Assembly: GCA_019449595.1 (NCBI GenBank)
Contig: JAGRPL010000014.1
Span: 246,043 to 310,042 of the forward strand
Direction of reading: 5' to 3'
DNA from: Rhodoferax sp.
GTDB taxonomy: Bacteria > Pseudomonadota > Gammaproteobacteria > Burkholderiales > Burkholderiaceae_C
Length of the DNA stretch: 64,000 nt
Both the position numbers and the translations under genes were made by a program. Each line of letters opens with the position of its first letter. Positions within the stretch are counted from its first letter, which is position 1. Under the pieces are notes generated by a model, which was not told the origin of the DNA, searched no databases, and saw nothing but the letters and a program-made list of their open reading frames with translations. Shown here piece by piece: positions 59,813-64,000 of the stretch.

Positions 59813-59847
59813 GGGAAATCCTTGTTGATGGGGTGGTACAGGAGCAT

Positions 59848-59878
59848 AGTCTGAACCTTGCCATGATGGGAGAGTCAA
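59848..59878 (-). promoter_or_regulatory. MerR-type promoter/operator for copZ-cueR
   Basis: The minus strand reads TTGACT-19 bp ('ctcccatcatggcaaggtt')-CAGACT with the imperfect dyad 'CCTTGCCATGATGGGAG'. Confidence 0.55.
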
Positions 59879-59917
59879 GCAACCCTGTCCGGTGTATGGT
59901 TGCGGGAGCGAGCGGGC

Positions 59918-59948
59918 TTGACCTTGCCACCATGGCAAGCCTTAGGCT
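59918..59948 (+). promoter_or_regulatory. MerR-type promoter/operator for copA
   Basis: TTGACC-19 bp-TAGGCT. The spacer contains the perfect dyad 'CTTGCCA-cca-TGGCAAG'. Confidence 0.75.
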
Positions 59949-59974
59949 AGCCCCAAATTGACTGCGAGCCCACC

Positions 59975-62227
59975 ATGAACACCACGACTGCTGTGCAACC
60001 CGAACTCGACATTGGCATCGGCGGCATGACCTGCGCCTCCTGCGTGACCCGGGTGGAAAAGGCCCTGAAAAAGGTGCCGGGCGTGACCGACGCCACCGTG
60101 AACCTGGCCACCGAGTCGGCGCGCATCACTTTCTCGGGCGACGAGCAGATGGAAGCCCGGCTGCGTCGTGCGGTGCGGGACGCCGGCTACGAGCCGCGCA
60201 CGCCGGCGCAGATGGACGCGGTGGACGATGCCTCGCCCTGGGCCGGCTTTGGCCCGGTGGCGGCCGGCCTGCTGCTGTCGGCGCCCCTGGTGCTGCCCAT
60301 GGTGGGCGACCTGCTGGGCCAGCACTGGATGCTCAGCGCCTGGATGCAGTTTGCCCTGGCCACACCGGTGCAGTTCATCCTGGGCGCCCGTTTCTACAAG
60401 GCCGGCTGGCACGCGCTCAAGGCCCTGACCGGCAACATGGACCTGCTGGTGGCCATTGGCACCACGGCCGGCTGGGCGTTGTCCGTGTGGCTGTGGCTCA
60501 GCGCCGCGCCGGGCGCCATGGTGCATCTGTATTTCGAGGGCTCGGCGGTGGTGGTGACGCTGGTGCTGCTGGGCAAGTGGCTGGAAGCGCGCGCCAAGCG
60601 CCAGACCACGGCGGCCATCCGCGCCCTGCACGCGCTGCGGCCCGATGTGGCGCACTGGATCGGTGGTGACGGCGAGGTGGACGTGCCGGTCATGGAAGTG
60701 CTCGTGGGGGACCGCCTGGTGGTCAAGCCCGGCGAGCGTTTCCCGGTGGACGGCACGCTGTGCGAAGGCCACACCCAGGTGGACGAGTCCATGCTCACCG
60801 GCGAGCCCCTGCCGGTGGCCAAGGACGTGGGCGACAAGCTGACGGGCGGCTCCATCAACGGCGAGGGCCGCGTGGTGCTGCAGGTCACGGCGGTGGGCGT
60901 GGACACGGTGCTGTCGCGCATCATCCGCCTGGTGGAGGACGCGCAGGCGGCCAAGGCGCCCATCCAGCGCCTGGTGGACCAGGTGGCGGCCGTGTTCGTG
61001 CCGGTGGTGCTGGTGGTGGCGCTCATCACCCTGCTGGGCTGGATGGGGCATGGCGCTTCGTTCGAAGCCGCCGTGATCAACGCCGTGGCGGTACTGGTGA
61101 TTGCCTGCCCCTGCGCGCTGGGGCTGGCCACGCCGGCGGCCATCATGGCCGGCACGGGCGTGGCGGCCAAGCACGGCATCTTGATCAAGGACGCCCAGGC
61201 GCTGGAGCTGGCGCACAAGGTTGGCGTGGTGGCCTTTGACAAGACCGGCACGCTGACGGTGGGCCAACCGCGCCTGACGGCCCTGGTGGTGGCGCAGCCC
61301 GGTGCCGACGGCGGCATGGATGAAGCGCAGGCCCTGCGCGTGGCCGCCAGCCTGCAAAGCGGCAGCGAGCACCCGCTGGCCCGCGCCACGCTGGCAGCGG
61401 CGGCGGAAAAGGGCATGGCCGTGGAAGCGCCGGACAACGTGCGTGCCGTGCCCGGACGCGGCAGCGAGGGCGAGGTGGGGGTGAAGAGCTACCTCATCGG
61501 CAGCCTGCGCTGGATGGAGGAACTGGGCGTGTCCCTGGGCGACCTCGGTGCGCGGTCGGCGGCCTTGCAGGCCCAGGGCGCCACGGTGTCGGCCATGGCC
61601 GAGCGCACCACCGCCGGATTGACATTGCGGGCCCTGATGGCCTTTGGCGACGAACCCAAGCCGGGTGCCAAGGAGGCGCTGGCGGCGCTGCGCTCGCGTG
61701 GCATCCGCACCGTGATGATTTCCGGCGACAACCGCGGTGCCGCCGAAGCCATGGCGCGCCGCCTGGGACTGCGGCCCGAAGAGGGCGAGGTGCTGGCCGA
61801 GGTGCTGCCGGGCGACAAGGCCGCGCAGGTGACGCAGCTGAAGGCGGGCGGTGCCCATGTTGTGGCCATGGTGGGCGACGGTGTGAACGACGCGCCGGCG
61901 CTGGCGGCGGCCGACGTGGGCCTGGCCATGGGCAACGGCACCGACGTGGCCATGCACGCGGCAGGCATCACGCTGATGCGCGGCGAGGTGGCGCTGGTGG
62001 CGGCGGCGCTCGACATCTCGGACCGCACGGTGGCCAAGATCCGGCAGAACCTGTTCTGGGCCTTTGCCTACAACGTGGCGGGCATTCCACTGGCGGCGCT
62101 GGGCTACCTGAACCCGGTGGTGGCCGGAGCCGCCATGGCCCTGAGTTCGGTGAGTGTGATGAGCAACGCCCTGCTGCTCAAGCGCTGGACGCCGCCGGTG
62201 GCCAGCAGCGTACCGCCGCAGGACTGA
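59975..62227 (+). CDS. copA: Copper-translocating P1B-type ATPase
   Basis: N-terminal 'GMTCASC', '[10 protein letters not shown]', 'DKTGTLT' and '[10 protein letters not shown]'. Confidence 0.96.
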   Translation: MNTTTAVQPELDIGIGGMTCASCVTRVEKALKKVPGVTDATVNLATESARITFSGDEQMEARLRRAVRDAGYEPRTPAQMDAVDDASPWAGFGPVAAGLLLSAPLVLPMVGDLLGQHWMLSAWMQFALATPVQFILGARFYKAGWHALKALTGNMDLLVAIGTTAGWALSVWLWLSAAPGAMVHLYFEGSAVVVTLVLLGKWLEARAKRQTTAAIRALHALRPDVAHWIGGDGEVDVPVMEVLVGDRLVVKPGERFPVDGTLCEGHTQVDESMLTGEPLPVAKDVGDKLTGGSINGEGRVVLQVTAVGVDTVLSRIIRLVEDAQAAKAPIQRLVDQVAAVFVPVVLVVALITLLGWMGHGASFEAAVINAVAVLVIACPCALGLATPAAIMAGTGVAAKHGILIKDAQALELAHKVGVVAFDKTGTLTVGQPRLTALVVAQPGADGGMDEAQALRVAASLQSGSEHPLARATLAAAAEKGMAVEAPDNVRAVPGRGSEGEVGVKSYLIGSLRWMEELGVSLGDLGARSAALQAQGATVSAMAERTTAGLTLRALMAFGDEPKPGAKEALAALRSRGIRTVMISGDNRGAAEAMARRLGLRPEEGEVLAEVLPGDKAAQVTQLKAGGAHVVAMVGDGVNDAPALAAADVGLAMGNGTDVAMHAAGITLMRGEVALVAAALDISDRTVAKIRQNLFWAFAYNVAGIPLAALGYLNPVVAGAAMALSSVSVMSNALLLKRWTPPVASSVPPQD

Positions 62228-62228
62228 A

Positions 62229-62543
62229 CTAGGGCGCTTTGGCGCCGGTGCCGGCCCACGCCTGCACACGCCGCCATTGGCGCCAGGCGGTCAGGCCCCA
62301 GCGCATGGAGCGCAGGGCGCCGCGGGGGCGCCACACCGCCAGGGCCGCGACGGCGGCCGTGACCAGGCCGGGGTGCGCGCGCAGCCAGTCCCGGGCCTTG
62401 CGGTACTGCCCCTGGGCGCGGTCGACGGTGTGCAGGGCCTGCGCCAGCGGCGCGAGGTCACGCGCCAGCTGCTCGCGCTGGGCGCCGATGCGCCCGCGCA
62501 GGCGGGCGCGGGTCTCGTACAGCTCAGTCAGTCTGGGGTCCAT
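62229..62543 (-). CDS. YqjK-like protein
   Basis: 104 aa, 'MDPRLTELYETRARLRGRIGAQREQLARDLAP' plus a C-terminal TM segment. It lies downstream of the yqjD/yqjE-like genes. Confidence 0.6.
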   Translation of the reverse strand: MDPRLTELYETRARLRGRIGAQREQLARDLAPLAQALHTVDRAQGQYRKARDWLRAHPGLVTAAVAALAVWRPRGALRSMRWGLTAWRQWRRVQAWAGTGAKAP

Positions 62544-62925
62544 GACCGGTTGCGGCTCGGAGTTGGTGCAGGTCTTCCTGCAGTTCGGCCAGGCTGGCGG
62601 CAAACAGGGGTTCGGCCTTGCGGGTGCCCTGGCGCAGGGCCAGGTAGCAGCCGACCGCCAGGGTCCAGGCCAGGCCGGCGGCCAGCAACACGACCAGCAG
62701 GCGCTGCTCCCAGAACAGCAGGGCCAGCGCAATCACTGTCAGCACGATGGCCAGACCGGCACCGAACAGCAGGGCTTGCGCCAGCATCAACCGGCGCAGG
62801 GCGGTGCGCCCGCCGATTTCCAACTCGTTGCCCAGCAGTTCCAGCCGCGTGTGCCCCAGCGCCAGCAGTGTGGCGGCTTTGGCCTTGGCGGTTTCGAAGG
62901 CGCTGGTGTCGGGTGGGGTGCTCAT
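62524..62925 (-). CDS. YqjE/DUF1469-like (phage-holin-3_6 family) membrane protein
   Basis: 'TRLELLGNELEIGGRTALRRLMLAQALLFGAGLAIV'. The start is uncertain (ATG 62925 or GTG 62943). Confidence 0.6.
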   Translation of the reverse strand: MSTPPDTSAFETAKAKAATLLALGHTRLELLGNELEIGGRTALRRLMLAQALLFGAGLAIVLTVIALALLFWEQRLLVVLLAAGLAWTLAVGCYLALRQGTRKAEPLFAASLAELQEDLHQLRAATGHGPQTD

Positions 62926-62946
62926 GGAGGGGCTGTCGGGCACTGG

Positions 62947-63267
62947 CTAGCGGCGCCCCAGGATGAAGCCCAGCAGGAAGCCGATGCCGGCACCGATGCC
63001 CACGGCCTGCCAGGGCGACTCGTGCACATAGGTGTCGGTGGCGCGGGCGGCGGCCCGGGTCTTCTCCAGCAGCACGGCTTCGGCGGCCACCAGGCGGGTG
63101 CGGGCGTCTTTCAGGCGCTCCTGGATGCGCGCGCGCAGGCTGACGATCTTGTCTCCGGTCTGGTCGGCCGTGGCGTTGAGCAGGTCTTCGGCGTCGGCGA
63201 TCACGGACTTGATGTCGTGCACCAGTTTTTCCTCGGAACTCAGGGGGGCGGATTGGGCTGTGGACAT
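62947..63267 (-). CDS. DUF883 (YqjD/ElaB) C-tail-anchored stress protein
   Basis: 'LVHDIKSVIADAEDLLNATADQTGDKIVSLRARIQERL' and 'ESPWQAVGIGAGIGFLLGFILGRR'. Confidence 0.8.
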   Translation of the reverse strand: MSTAQSAPLSSEEKLVHDIKSVIADAEDLLNATADQTGDKIVSLRARIQERLKDARTRLVAAEAVLLEKTRAAARATDTYVHESPWQAVGIGAGIGFLLGFILGRR

Positions 63268-63430
63268 GGCGTACCTTTCGCAACACAAAGGGATCGGGGA
63301 GACAGCGTAGCAGATTCGCCGGTTTTCCGGTCCCCCAGTCTTTGCGCGCCTGCGCAGGCAGATCGTGCAGAAGGCGCCGGCGCCCATTGGGGGCGAGGCG
63401 GCCTGAACCGGTCCGGACGGGTGCCGGGGG

Positions 63431-64000
63431 TTATTTTTTCCGCTGCACGATCAGGTTGCGCCGGGCGTCTTCCGGGTGGGCGAAGGTAACGGCGCCATTG
63501 CGGACCTTGCCCATGACCAGCATGTTCTGCGAGATGGCGTCCTTGTCGTCCCGGGTGAAGGGGTGGTCGTAGGTGGTCACGATGCCGTAGTACACCTTGG
63601 ACATGGATTCGAGCGCCGTCTTGATGGCCGGACCGGTCGCGTTGCCGTCACGGATGCCCAGCAGCGCGTAGGTCAGCAGGTAGGTGCTGTCGTAGGCCTG
63701 GGCGGCCGACATGGGTACAGCCATGGCCTTGTTGAACTTGCGCTTGTAGGCGCTCAGGAATGCGGCGCGGCGCTCGTTGCTGGGTTCGGCGATGAAGGTC
63801 TGTGCCATCAGCGCGCCCTCGGCGGCGTCCCGGGCGCCGTTGATGAAGAAGGGGAACGACAGGGTCCAGGCGCCCACTTGCGGCACTTTCCACTTTAGTT
63901 CCTTGCGGCCGTTGGCGATGACAGCGTTTTCCACACCCACGGTGTAGCTGAACACCACATCGGCCCCGGCGTCGCGCGCGGCCTTGAGCTCGCCTTGCAG
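63431..64000 (-). CDS. ABC transporter periplasmic substrate-binding protein (LivJ/branched-chain amino acid type), C-terminal part; 5' end outside window
   Basis: The frame is open to the window end. 'AAQAYDSTYLLTYAL' and 'VMGKVRNG' are typical of Peripla_BP_6-type binding proteins. Confidence 0.7.
   Translation of the reverse strand: MQGELKAARDAGADVVFSYTVGVENAVIANGRKELKWKVPQVGAWTLSFPFFINGARDAAEGALMAQTFIAEPSNERRAAFLSAYKRKFNKAMAVPMSAAQAYDSTYLLTYALLGIRDGNATGPAIKTALESMSKVYYGIVTTYDHPFTRDDKDAISQNMLVMGKVRNGAVTFAHPEDARRNLIVQRKK

Noticed and set aside
59112-59933. A 273-aa ORF spanning the cueR/copZ region
   Set aside because: It is out of frame with two genes that have clear MerR and HMA motifs, and its composition is proline/arginine-rich shadow-frame composition.
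63934-63942. Isolated near-consensus DnaA boxes inside coding regions, for example 'TTTTCCACA' here and 'TTATCCGCC' at about 15364
   Set aside because: They are single 7-8/9 matches without clustering or an AT-rich neighbour, and are expected by chance.

Overview
High-GC segment, about two-thirds G+C by eye. Gene content suggests a betaproteobacterial (Burkholderiales/Comamonadaceae-like) chromosome; this is inference only. It spans the classical origin-proximal cluster mnmE-yidC-yidD-rnpA-rpmH | dnaA-dnaN-gyrB. Almost everything is core housekeeping. Named loci are a single-chain BC-BCCP-CT carboxylase, chrA, an MCP, metXW, a UPF0016 transporter behind a Mn2+-riboswitch-like leader, amt, kdsD-kdsC-lptC, a CPA2 antiporter, apt, infA paralog, aroG, minCDE, rdgC, an NnrS/Rrf2(NsrR-like)/serA/hemerythrin/DUF2249 block, a sufABCDSU-nfu operon, cueR-copZ/copA and yqjDEK-like genes. 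No tRNA, rRNA, CRISPR array, integrase or transposase was seen. The only clearly accessory DNA is a ~1.45 kb low-GC islet (about 11.29-12.74 kb). It holds a lipoprotein gene, an 80-aa ORF with a phospholipase-A2-like catalytic motif, and a 3' remnant of an hlyD-type type I secretion gene. Five other points deserve a second look. (1) A DnaA-box cluster with an AT-rich tract lies upstream of minC, ~15 kb from dnaA, and could be an alternative oriC or a datA/DARS-like locus. (2) Two near-identical 23-bp AAGAT-N13-ATCTT operators sit on the -10 elements of the nnrS and suf promoters. (3) An AT-rich palindromic motif (GCTAT-N7-ATAGC) recurs in intergenic and coding DNA. (4) A terminator-containing leader abuts the metX start codon. 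(5) The 320-bp spacer upstream of a small ORF/infA is rich in stems. All calls rest on reading the sequence and the ORF translations. No database search or folding computation was run.
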